From assembly GCF_006345805.1 (NCBI RefSeq), contig NC_043014.1, forward strand, positions 31,372,001 to 31,436,000: 64,000 nt of DNA, written 5' to 3'. The DNA is from Octopus sinensis (Eukaryota). Numbering within the stretch: the first letter of the stretch is position 1; each line of letters opens with the position of its first letter. Shown in pieces: positions 1-11,682 of this stretch. The translations under genes were made by a program, and so were the position numbers. The notes beneath the pieces were generated by a model. The model was not told where the DNA came from. It saw only the letters and a program-made list of their open reading frames with translations, and did not search any database.

Positions 1-84
1 GAGTATATAATTAAAGTTGTCCAGCACAGCTGACACACTGAATAATACAGCTTTCTTCTTGCTCTATCCCCAGCCTTCCTACTA

Positions 85-770
85 CTCCCACCGACACTCA
101 TATTAATAATGGTTTGTGAAGTGATAGGGGAGAAGGGTAGATGAGAAAACGGGAGTGGGGTGGGGGGTGTTCAACTTCCTCACCGCCGCCGCCACTACAA
201 GTTATACCACTGCCAACAACACTATATAGCAACATCCCACCAACACCACCATCATCATCATCACTGGAAACAATACCACTGCTGATAACACTATAGCCAC
301 CACCACCACCACCACCACTGCCAACAACAACAACATAAACTGCTTCCATGACCACCACTACAACTAAAACTGGGAAGATCCCAATACTCCTCAATACTAC
401 CTCCTACACCAATGCTAGTACTTGATTGTCACTGTCGATATCACAACTACCACCAGTACTGTATCATTAGTTGCTGCTGCTGCTGCTGCTACTACTACTG
501 CACCATCAATACCTCACCTATATTATCATCACCATCGATACTGGGGTCCCAATACCTTCCTGCACTAATGCTGACTATCATAACCATCGATACTGTCACC
601 AATACTGTGACCTCTGACATCACTATTACCACCACCTTTACCATCAGCAATGCTGTGACCACTAATACCATCACGAATACCGGCCACCACCAATACTGTG
701 ACTGTCTCACTAATACCTTCCGTTCTGGCTGCAATCAGCACCAGAGCACAGCAGCTGTTGACCACCACTA
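85..770. repeat. Degenerate period-3 low-complexity tract (ACC/ACT/ATC-rich)
   Basis: Recurring accaccacc, ctactact and accaatactgtg motifs. It yields low-complexity ORFs on both strands. Confidence 0.75.
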
Positions 771-1333
771 AGGCATTAAAACTACAGTTTTGTTTAAGGA
801 TAAAAGTAGAACTCTATATGATCAAAGAACTTCACATATATTGATGGCAGAGTCAGGGTTTGGGGGCAAGATATGAGAGAGTGGGGAGCCGTTGTGGGAA
901 AGGGAAGCTGCGTTGTGGTTCTTTAATGCAGTAGTGGTGGTGGTGGTGATGGTGATGGGAGAATGGAATAGATAAATATTTGATGGTATTGTCATAAAAA
1001 CATTAACAAAAGAAAAAAGGAAAGCAGGACAGCAAATTTAAGAGAAAATATTTAATAGCTGGAATAATTTCCTTTTAGTAATAAGACAAGGTCTATTTTG
1101 CGTTGGTTTGGGAGATATAATTAATTGAACCGATGACCACAGTGTATATTAATTTATAGGCAACACTATCTTAAAAGGACAAAAGGAGGAATAGTTAATA
1201 AGACCTCAATGGAATTTGGACTGGAGCTTAAGGTTACTTAATTACATATCATAAATTACTTTATTCATGATGATGATGATAACTACGGTTGTAAAATAGA
1301 CACACAAGAAAACAAAAACATAAATATCTTTTA

Positions 1334-1653
1334 TCTTTTACTTGTTTCAGTCATTAGACTGTGGGCATGCTGAGGGACAGCCTTGACGAATTCTTAGTTG
1401 AATGAATTGACCCTAGTATTTATAGGGACATAAACAAACCATCACTGGTTGTCAAGCGGTGGAGAGGAACAAACATACACACGTACACACACATGATGGG
1501 CTTCTTTCAGTTTCCGTCTAACAAATCCACTCACAAGACTTTGGTCAGCCTGAGGGTATTGTAGAAGATGCTTGCCCAAAGTACCGCGCAGTGGGACTGA
1601 ACCCGGAACTATGTTAGGAAGCTAACTTCTTACCACACAGCCACACTCGTGCC
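1334..1653 (-). mobile_element. tRNA-derived SINE family A (head ggctgtgtggtaag...gttcagtcccactg)
   Basis: Reverse complement shows A/B-box-like head, ttgggcaag segment, gtggatttg...ggaaactgaaagaagccc, central CA/TA microsatellite and cagcatg...cagtctaatgactgaaacaag tail. This family has many copies in the window. Confidence 0.85.
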
Positions 1654-2092
1654 AGTTTGAACATACGATAGGTAGAATATTTGTGCTGGATAAGGCTGGT
1701 TTAAAATGCTCAAGGGAGTGTGAGACATAGAAAAACAATCTCTAACGGTCTGCTGCAATTGTTTAGTCTCAGGTCAATCTTGATGAACAAATCCACAATC
1801 AGAAACATTTAATCTATGAACACCGTTTTTAAGCTCTCTTGGACATTATTTTTAATGCACTCATTTCTTTAATCTGGTATGGTATAATTTGGGAGAGATT
1901 TAACTGCTACTTCTAGCAAGCTGAACTCTCATTGGTGGTAGTGTATACATGTGTGTGTGTGCACGTAGGTTCGCTCTGCTTGGAATAAAATTATAGCAAT
2001 TAGAATAATAGAACCATACAACAGTTAACAAATTTTTGCCATTGAGCAAGCTGAGGGGAAGAATGTAACCAGTAAATTCTTCCAAAAGTGCC

Positions 2093-2321
2093 TTAACCCC
2101 TTCGTTACTGTATTTACTTTGAGATGCTCTGTGTTTCTTTCAATTACTTTAAATATAACAAAGAATTTAGTAAAATAACTTGGTTATCATTAAGCCAGTG
2201 TTAGGAACATAAAATGTGACTAAGGTTTGGTGGAAGATTTTAATTCAAAACTTATGAAAACAAGACATTTGTACTGTAGGGCCAGAGCCGGTTTCAGCTG
2301 GGTTGGTAATGAAAGCGTTAA
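2093..2321 (+). mobile_element. piggyBac-type MITE family 1, copy 1
   Basis: TTAA at both ends, TIRs ttaaccccttcgttac and gtaatgaaagcgttaa. Near-identical to 7983-8211. Confidence 0.85.
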
Positions 2322-2393
2322 AATGATATTAAACAAATGAAATGAAGGGAGGAATTTATGCCATTAATAATTAAATCAGTTCTTAATTGTGAA

Positions 2394-2720
2394 GGTGTGT
2401 GGCTTAGTGGTGAGGGTATTTTAGCTCATGAGAGTAAGGTTATGAGTTCAATTTCCAGTGGTTCATTGTATTCTTGAGCAAGATACTTTATATCACATTG
2501 CTCCAGTCCACTCCAGAGGTAAAAATTAAGTTGTACCTGTATTTCAAAGGGCCAACCATATCACATTTTGTGACATGCTAAATTTCCTTGAAAACTATGT
2601 TAAGGGTATGTGTATCTGTGGAGTGTTCAGCCACTTGAATGTTAATTTCTCTAACAGGCTGTTCCACTGAGTGGATCAACTGTAACACCTGTCATCGTAA
2701 CCAATGGAGTTCCAGTTAGT
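2394..2720 (+). mobile_element. tRNA-derived SINE family C
   Basis: Head gtgtggcttagtggtgagggtatt...gagttcaatt, then ttcttgagcaagatacttta...ttgctccagtccactc, and tail ggatcaactg...tcatcgtaacc...ggagt. Confidence 0.8.
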
Positions 2721-3097
2721 TCTCAATTAAAGAAGAGAAAAAATAAAAACCAATCAAATGACATGTTCTTTCAAAGTAAGATGATGATTAATGAATGTGA
2801 TTTATTATATGTCGTGTATCAATAAAAAGGTACAAATGACAACATGTGTGAAGTGTGTGTACTTAGCAATGAAAGAAAATGTCAGATGTTTGCTCTAATC
2901 TGGTTTATGCTAATTTCTAGTATAGGCACAAGTTTAAACATTTTGGGGAGAAATATGTATAATCAATTCCATTTTCTCCAATATTTGATTGGTATTTTAT
3001 TTTGGCCACAAAAAGATGAAGCATTAAACTCATCATGCCAAGATTTGGACTCCTAATGCTTAATACCACAAGCACTTAATGGATTTTACCAATCCAC

Positions 3098-3322
3098 TTA
3101 ACACTTTAGCATTTACATTACTCTGTCAAATGTAATGCTTATTTATTCACATAGTTTCGAATCAATCAGGCATTATCTTGTAGCTTTGATAACTTTGATG
3201 ATGTTATTGCTTATTTTTAGAATGGCATTGTAGGGTAGGTACAAGTGGTCAGATTTAGTCAGTTTGAATGTAAAGCAGGTAGAATAATTGGGTTGGATAT
3301 GGTTGGTTAATTTGGTATTTAA
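3098..3322 (+). mobile_element. piggyBac-type MITE family 2 copy
   Basis: ttaacactttagcatt...ctgtcaaatgtaatgc...tgtagggtagg...ggtagaata. Shares its body with the copies at 16468, 17063, 50031 and 57643. Confidence 0.75.
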
Positions 3323-4454
3323 TAACAGCAGTACAGCTTAATGGACCACCATGTAGAGTTTAAGCCTATAGCAGAGCCAAGAAAAAAAAAGTGTTAATTC
3401 ATAATTTATGAGGAGCTGACAAGGTTGGCCTACTGACTACAACACCACGAGTTAATACCTTACAGTTACAGACATTGTTCAATGTGTGTTGCCTTCTAAT
3501 TTGTCAGAGCAACAAACAGCAGTTGCATCCTTCTGTATGGATAACACTAAGAAAGGCAAACCAGTTGTGAAAAGTGTTTCAACAAAGACTGTCTCAAGAA
3601 AAGAAATCAAAGATGAAATAAAAACTACTAAAATTCTGGTAGTGCCATAATAGAAAAAACTTGGTTGCAGCTGGATAATGAGAGTATCTGTATAGGCGCC
3701 CAACCTGCTAGAAATAGAAGCCAAATCTCTCTCTCTCAAATCAAACTTAATGTAAAGTGAGAAGGAAATGACTGGAACATCTTTGATTCTAAGTCTACTT
3801 AGATGAGAGTTGATTCCAGGGTAAGGATCAAACAATTTCTGTCATATAAACAAATATTGTATAAGAACTCTAATGGCTGTAGATTCTGTTTGACTCTCTT
3901 CCCTTAAAGATCTATTCCTGTATTAAACTAATCTCTTCAAACTATTAATCTCCTCTATCAATCTTTATTACGTTACCCAGGTTCCTAAAATAGGTTAAAG
4001 AGAGACAATAAGAGGGAAGGAATATGTACGGGGATTAGGTAAGGATCAGAGTTTAATCTCTTACTCGACTAGATAAGCCCAGCATTGCGCTAGGAGTTAA
4101 CATAAAATACTGGCTGAATCAGTATGACATGAGAGATGATGGCATAGCATGACATGGGAATAATTTTACATAACTTTACAATGTCTAGACAACTGCTGAG
4201 AACACAAGGAAATGGTATTAGGTGGTGATTAAGCTAGAGGAAGGTAAAGGAAAAGGGGTTGATTTAATACAAGGAAATGTATGACCCAGATAGTATAAAA
4301 CATGTGAATAGTTGTGAAGGCATTGATACAGAAATGGTTGTTGTTGTTGTTCTTCTTCTTCCAATCAGGACTCACACCATTAGCCACAAAGAATAATCTC
4401 TAATTCGAGCCTACTCTAAGCTTCTAAGAATGCGTGTGGCAACTTGAAGATCCA

Positions 4455-4832
4455 CCCACCATACGCGATAGACTGGCAGTTGCACAGGCACGAAAGCTAC
4501 GTTGTTATCCTCATTCCGTAAATGGTGGCTTTTAATGGGTGGAGGGCTGAACCATCCTGGGGTACAGAGAATTCACAATCTAGACTAGGGTCTGAAAGTT
4601 TACCACACCATAGTGGGTCACACCATGGTTTCTCTACTTTGTGGCAGAAGTAGGAAGAAAGAGTGAAAGTTGTGGTGAAAGAGTACAGCAGGGTTCCCCC
4701 CCACCCCCGCCGGAGCCTCGTGGAACTTAGGTGCTTTTGCTCAATAAACACTCACAAAGCCCACTATGGGAATTGAAACCGCCTTCTTACAACGGCTAGT
4801 CCACTGCCCTAACCACTGGGCCATTGCATTTC
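4455..4832 (-). mobile_element. tRNA-headed SINE, distinct body
   Basis: The minus strand starts aatgcaatggcccagtggttagggcagtggactag...gcggtttcaattccc (A/B-box-like), then tgtttattgagcaaaagcacctaagttccacgaggctccgg. Confidence 0.7.
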
Positions 4833-5439
4833 CACTGCTGTTGTTGTTGTTAGTTCCAGATCAGCTCTGATAAAACAAACCTATAGCACATCTTCTATTC
4901 TTTTACTAGTTTCAGTCACAGAACTATGGCCATGCTGGGGCACTATAGCTATCTTAGTTTGATGTTTATTTTACTGAATTGCTAATTTAAACTTTTTGAT
5001 TAAATATCAGCTGTTAACAGAGATAAACATAAATACAGAGAGTGGCCTATATTACTCTGGCCTCTGTAGTATATTTCCAACTTTGAAAAGAAAATGTAAA
5101 GAAATAAATGGCAATCAAACAAATGGATACAGTTGTAAAAACAAAAAAATTACAATCTGCGAAGCACACAAGAAAAATGTTTTGTAAATGTTAAATGGCA
5201 ATAACAAAATTACCACCACCGCCAACAACAACAACAGCTTATTTAATGATGTTGCACACCAAATAGGTGATAGAGATTAAATCACTTTCAAGACAACAGA
5301 AAAAATATATCAAAAAGAGAGTACATCTTTGCTCAAGGTATTTAACCAATAAAAGCAAGGAGGAAACTGACACAGTTCTGTCCACAAAAGAAGTTTGGTC
5401 AGTGTGTGACAAGATGCTTGTTCTCTTAATGGAAGCAGG

Positions 5440-5620
5440 ATGGTGGCACGTAAAAGCACCCACTACACTCTCGGAGTGGTTGGCATAAGGAGGGGCATCC
5501 AGCTGTAGAAACTCTGCTAGATCAAGATTGAAGCCTGGTGCAGTCATCTGGTTCCCCAGCCCTCAGTCAAATCATCCAACCCATGCTAGCATGGAAAGCG
5601 GACGTTAAACGATGATATTA
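5440..5620 (+). mobile_element. SINE family B (RTE-type 3' tail)
   Basis: ggtggcacgtaaaagcacccactacactc...gggcatccagctgtagaaac...ccaacccatgctagcatggaaagcggacgttaaacgatgat. The same tail follows the RTE remnant at 43175-43345. Confidence 0.85.
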
Positions 5621-6707
5621 AGGTAGGGCTTGAGAATGATATGCTGACCTGCAGGATAGTGCTGCAGTATGGAGGTAGAGGAGAAATATAAGGGTCACAA
5701 CCAGAGACATTGGTGCTGAATGGATAGAGTGTGAGAGGACATCCAGATGTGATGACCTCTTGAAGACTAAACAACTACACTGGAATTATAGCTGATAACA
5801 GAAGCAGAGAAATGAGCAACCAAACAAATGGTGCAGCACAAGAGCCTAAGCCACACCAGGTATTTGAGAGAAAGAGAGAGGCTAATAGACAGCAGATGCT
5901 CATTATTTCCCATACCTGCTGTTCCTGTTATATACAACCACTTATTTCAGGTCCAAGGGTAATAAGAATGAAGCAGAGACAAATGGAATAATCACATTCC
6001 CCACTGACATCACCACCCGCAGGGGCTGACAAGGTAGAACCTCCTCCAGCACAAAGCCAGCCAAAATCTCTTCAACCGGTAATTCTGTTCCAATATCTTG
6101 CAGCAATGGAAGAAGAGATAGCAAAATGGCACCTGGAGAACTATGAGAAACTGAGACAGCATAATAAAATAAATAAAAAATGAAAAAGAAAAGCCACAAC
6201 AGAAAGCAAGTAGGATGCTGGAAATCCCTGCATGAAAATGAAAAGGATCTTTCCCACTTCCTGGGAGAACTTGAGGGAATAGCTGAATTATGAAAGAGGA
6301 CATGAGGAATATTGTGCTGGTTGAAGTGCAGATGGGAGTTGGGGCAATAAGAATGAACACAAAAATATAACAATTTTGGTGAAAATAGCACCACAAGTCC
6401 AAAAAGAAGTGAATTATTCAAACCTTAAAGAACTCCTCTCAACACATGGCTATGATGTTACCCCACTACTCCTGCACATGATCAGAGATGCACATATTGT
6501 CAGCCACTAAGGGATATGCTCAACTGGTTAAGGTTCAGCTAAAGACAAAAATGCTCATAAAGCACTCAATTTGCAGAACATGATTGAAATAAAAACATTA
6601 ATAATAATGGCAATGTCCTGATTATGCTTAGGTGGCAGTATCTTACATCTTTTGGGATGGGTCACCTATATTTGTTTTGTGAACTATATTTTCTACCTGT
6701 TTTAATA

Positions 6708-6918
6708 TATTGGTTTCAAATTTTGGCACGGGGCTAGGAATTTCAGGGAAGGGGTTAAGCTGATTATATCAACTTCAGTGCTCAGCTAGTACTTATACCC
6801 GCAAAAGAATGAAAGGCAAAGTCGACCTTGAGGGAGTTTGAACTCAGAGTGTAAAAACAACAAAATGCCACTAAGCATTTTGCCAGGTGGGCTCACGATT
6901 CTACCAGCTCAAGACCTT
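6708..6918 (-). mobile_element. SINE family D
   Basis: gaatgaaaggcaaagtcgaccttg...tttgaactcaga...ctaagcattttgcc...ctaccagctc. Matches about 9975-10105 (+), 32975-33155 (+), 49215-49348 (-) and 54745-54945 (-). Confidence 0.8.
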
Positions 6919-6965
6919 TACCTATTTTAATATATTACATTTTCCTTCAGTCCCCATTTATTGCT

Positions 6966-7296
6966 TACTAGCAGCATAGCCCAGCGTTGACCGGGTATGT
7001 AAGAACCCCTAGTAGGCAACGACTTGCGGCTGCAGCTGCGATTAGCAGAAGTATGCAAAGGTTATGTTGTCTTGACATGTTTTCTCTCGTTGACTGCTTG
7101 AAATGGCGGAATTTATAAATTTTTTTCAGAACTGGGGGAACTTTTCAAACTTTTCGCTGCGTTAGTTTTGAATTATGACATTGGGCTATGTGTGTGTCAA
7201 GTTTCATCAGAATCGGTTGAAAGCCGTGGTCAGGGTGAGGGTACAACCTGACAGACACACAGACAGACAACCTGCCTTTTATATATAGAGAAGATT
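6966..7296 (+). mobile_element. Helentron-associated / DINE-1 / Lep1-like non-autonomous element
   Basis: Starts with tactagc followed by the imperfect palindrome cccagcgttgaccggg. It contains caagtttcatcagaatcggttg and an (acag)n microsatellite, and ends in gccttttatatatagagaagat. It has no TSD and TT-like junctions. Confidence 0.65.
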
Positions 7297-7396
7297 CGTA
7301 TACTCCCATGATTTGGTCTGTATGTATGGGCCCTTGTGGCAGATAAAGAAAAGATTTGTTAAGCTAACTGTGGCTGGCATGTAGGTCAGCTTTTGA

Positions 7397-7398
<2 letters not shown>

Positions 7399-7441
<43 letters not shown>
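7399..7441. repeat. (ATT)n microsatellite
   Basis: Perfect ATT array. Confidence 0.95.
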
Positions 7442-7443
<2 letters not shown>

Positions 7444-7982
7444 CAAGCAAACTACAAATGTTAATTTAGGAATATTTAAAAAGTTAAAAAAAAAAAGGAT
7501 TTAATTAATTTTCTACATAATCATTCTTAAAAAAAATTAATGGAAACTAAAAACAGAAAAAGTTAGGAATATATTTTTTAAAAAATTAATTAAAGGTTTA
7601 ATCGATGTAGACAGATGATTTAATTAGCTTAATGATTTCAATTTTAGTCATAAGGCTGTTATTTTTTTTTTTTTTTTACATTAAGTCAAAGAGGTGGGGA
7701 AAGTAGTAATACAACCTCATTATATTACTGATACTAATTTTATTCATGTGCTACAACTTGCACAGTGAAATCTAAAGAGTACGGAATATCTTGTATATCT
7801 CAGTTTTTAAAATAACTAAACCATATTTTTGAATGTTGTAATATGTGACCAAAAGGGTTAGCATTAGGAATAGGGTGGGGGTGTCTAACTCGTACTAGCA
7901 AGTGGACATATGGAATATTTATGAACCAGCGAAGATCTTGCATGGTTCCTATATATGCTGGAGGGAGCCAGTCAGATGTCCC

Positions 7983-8211
7983 TTAACCCTTTTGTTACTG
8001 CATTTATTTTGAGATGCTCTGTATTTCTTTCAATTACTTTAAATATAACAAAGAATTTAGTAAAATAACTTAGTTATCATTCAGCTAGTGTTAGGAACAT
8101 AAATTGCGACAAAGGTTTGGTGGAAGATTTTAATTCAAAACTTATGAAAATAAAATATTTGTACTAAAGAGCCATAGCCAGTTTCAGCCGGGTTGGTAAT
8201 GAAAGGGTTAA
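7983..8211 (+). mobile_element. piggyBac-type MITE family 1, copy 2
   Basis: TTAA-CCCT...AGGG-TTAA ends. The body (gagatgctctgt...ggtttggtggaagattttaattcaaaac) matches 2093-2321. Confidence 0.85.
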
Positions 8212-8371
8212 GCTTTTAACATTTAAAGAGGCTATATCTGGCCCAAGTATTTTATCTGTTTTATGGTCAAACTGGACAGATCTGGTATCTCACACCTACC
8301 CTACAATATCATTCTAAAAATAATGAATCACATTATTGAACATTTCACAGATACATGTACTCTTAATGTTC

Positions 8372-8572
8372 TCAGGGAGTTTCAACACGACACAGGATAT
8401 GACAAGGATGGCCCTTTGAATTACAGGTACTACTTAATTTTTGCTAGCTGAGTAGACTGAAGCAACATGAAATAAAGTGTCTTGCTCAAGGACACTGCGT
8501 GCCACCTAGACTTGAACTCATGACCTTAGGATTGTGAGCTGAATACCATAACCACTAAGCCAGGCACCTCAC
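8372..8572 (-). mobile_element. SINE family C partial copy
   Basis: ggccctttgaattacaggtac...aaataaagtgtcttgctcaaggacac...ttgaactcatgacc...aaccactaagcc. Confidence 0.8.
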
Positions 8573-10208
8573 ACTTATTATAAAAGGTATCATGATTATA
8601 TAGCATCCATCTGTGACCATTCCGTCTATGCTGTGTTTATACTGCTCTAAAATTTAAAATTCAAATATGGGGGCTTCATTTTAAAACTAGCTAAAAAAAA
8701 AAGTCCTGCTGAGTGAGATTTGGCTGCTACATTGGGCATGTCAAGCAATTACATATGTTTTTGGAGTAAGCCTTAGCCTTTATCTTCAATTACAATTCTA
8801 GTGGCAGGTGCTTTTGTTTTGGTTTTTAAATTCCAGAATACTTGTCCCATTGTTAATTACTTCACCATAGAGAGAAATAGAAGTCTACTTCAAGTAATGA
8901 GACCAAAGCAAATGAAATGAGGTATCTTAAAAATTCTGCAGTGGAGTTAGAACTGATTATTCATGGAGATAAGGAGGAGTATCAATATGCATTCAATATA
9001 TTTACCTTTCAAATAGGAAAATAAAAGCAGAGTATGTATGCTTGTGTCACATACACTCAACACATAACTGAAGAAGGTAGAAACTGAAGTAGTAAAGATA
9101 CTGGTACAGTTTAGATGTGCTTAAAGTATATTTGACTTTAGAGCTTGAGGAAATTAATCCAATCTCATATGTCAGTTGAGATAGCTGACAATACAGCAGC
9201 AGAACTAACTGGGGTTTGGGAAGAGTTTGTAGATAGGAGCGGGGCTCCAAGAGACACCACAGGCTTGCTTTAGTTTTTGATTTCCAAGGAGTTCTGTGGG
9301 ACAAAAGCAAACAAAACTATGAAATACAAGGAAGTAGATGGACATACACACACACATACATACAGAGAGAGAGAGGAAAATAAGCTTTCACATACAGAAC
9401 TGTATTGAAATTGCCATAAAGAAAATGAAACAACATACATGCACACAGCAACAACAACAACAAACTTCTCATGTGTAGTTAATGACTTTTTGGACAAGAG
9501 AAAAATAATAGGCATTTACAAAAGAGGTCTAATTGAATTTTCTAATAAGCTAAATAAAGTGTTGGGAATAGAAATGTGGCTTGTTATAGAATTTATTCTC
9601 AGAGTTGAATGAAACGGTAATTACAATAATGGCGGAAGACAAATAGACAATTGAAAGCATTGAGAAATGGGAAAGAATCTCAAAAGAATTGTTAAGTGGA
9701 TCACACACAGGAATCCTTTGAGATTTACAGCGAGAGCAAGCTGCCGTGGAATATAGAAGAAGTGATGTTGTAGTTGATAGGATTGAAATGAAATTGAAAT
9801 ATTTGAAGAACAAAGAAATAAATAAATGAAGAAATAAAGATTTTTCTTTAATGAATCAATATGAAGAATGGAGAATTATGAAGGAATATTGAATGCTGAC
9901 TACCTAGGTTGGAACCAGAATAAATTTGTCAACTGATTTAGCATAATTATCATTATCACTATTATTATTATTCCACCAAGGTCGAATTTGGCTTTCATTC
10001 TTTCAGGGTTGACAAAATAAAATACTAGAAAGCATAAGGGTTGATTTAATCAACATAGCTCCTCCCACAAAAATTTTTGGCCTTGAGCCTTGTGCCAAAA
10101 ATTTTAAGGGGGGTGGGGAGATAAGCTGAGAAACGGCTATTATTATTGTTTTTATTAATCAACACCTTTATAGAACTACATATTTTAAAACTTCCTTTTG
10201 TGTGTACA

Positions 10209-10243
<35 letters not shown>

Positions 10244-10607
10244 TTTCCTTGTTTCAATCACCTGACTACAGCCACCTCAAAGGGTTTTAGTCAAACAAAT
10301 CGATTCCAGGACTTATTTTTGAAGCCTAGTACTCATTGTATTGGTCTCTTTTGCCAAACCACGAAGTTATGGGGACATAAACACACCAACACCAGTTGTG
10401 AAACGGTGATGGGAGGACAAATACAGATGCACACACAAATATATACATATATATGACATGCTTCTTCTGGTTTCCATCTAATGAATCCACTCACAAGGCT
10501 TTGGTTGGCCTAAGGCTATAGAAAAGACATTTGCCCAAGGTGCCATGAAGTGGGACTGAACCTGGAACCATGTGGTTGGGAAGCAACCTTCTTACCACAC
10601 AACCACG
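10244..10607 (-). mobile_element. SINE family A copy
   Basis: Same head, body and tail blocks as 1334-1653. Confidence 0.85.
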
Positions 10608-10735
10608 ATATATATATTTTCCATCTATGACTGCTTACATTAGACTTCCTGCTTGAACATGACAATATTCATTAGATTGATACTTCAAAACTCTGATATA
10701 TATATATATATATTCGGCCAGATAAGTCATCACTG

Positions 10736-10782
10736 AACTGTCTGATGATGGCTTAGCTTGCCAAAACTCCAAAGTCACCAAG
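10736..10782 (+). ncRNA. Decayed hammerhead ribozyme motif (G12 to A)
   Basis: Reads ctgt-CTGATGA-T-GGC-ttagctt-GCC-AAAA-CT-ccaa-AGTC-ac. GAAA is replaced by AAAA, consistent with CpG decay of ccGAAA. It starts about 25 nt after a (TA)n tract. Confidence 0.5.
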
Positions 10783-10882
10783 ACAATTCTACTTAAAGAA
10801 TAATTTGTACTCTACCAAATATATTAATTGAAAACTGTTTTTACTATAAGACAAAAATATATATATATATATTTATATATAT

Positions 10883-10923
<41 letters not shown>

Positions 10924-11477
10924 TATACATTTGACATGGGCAATTCTTTCTCGGTCAAATGACTGGGTGGAATTGCATGAAAAATTACACAGATGTGTTG
11001 AATGATCTGGTGGTGATGCTGGGCTTTGTATTTTTTCATAGCTCCCATGGTTACTGAGATAATCTACTATAATAATACTCTTGTATTTATGAATGAGAAA
11101 GGAAGGGGTGATAGATGAATAAGGAAGGAAGGGGTGAGCGTTTCAACTCTGCGTGAATTTGTGTATGTAAAAGGGGGTGTATATGAATGTTTGTGTGTGC
11201 ATGTGTGTGCATGTGCAATAGAAGTGGGAGGGTTCATCTTTGCTTAGTATTTGGGTTTATTTTTTTGATTTGGTTGAATCTTAGCTGGTTTTGTTTTTGT
11301 TGGTCAGTTATTTTTAGTGTTTTGACTGAAAAGTCATTCTAAAATTGTTTTTTAACATAAGCGTGCCCAAACAAGTAAAATGCTTACACAGAGTAGGTTT
11401 TACAGCTACATTATCCAAACCAACTGGGTGAAACCAGGCATTAGCTGCTAGTATATATATATATGCAGGTGTTACAT

Positions 11478-11682
11478 AAAATGTGCTGGTGCCATGTATA
11501 AAGCACCCTTGCTGGTGCCACGTAATAGGCACCCAGTACACTCTATAAAGTGGTTGGCATTAGGAAGGGCATCCAGCTGTAGAAACCATGCCAAAGCAGA
11601 CAATTGCAGCCTGGACAGCTCTTTGGCGGGCCAGATCCTGTCAAACCATACCTCATGGAAAATGGATTGATGACGACGTTAT
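11478..11682 (+). mobile_element. SINE family B copy
   Basis: ggtgccacgtaataggcacccagtacactc...aggaagggcatccagctgtagaaacc...ggaaaatgga...gatgacgacg. Confidence 0.8.

Noticed and set aside
98-771. Four overlapping ORFs (98-119 aa) rich in Thr, Val, Gly and Cys
   Set aside because: They arise from a period-3 low-complexity tract that is open on both strands, with no splice or domain support.
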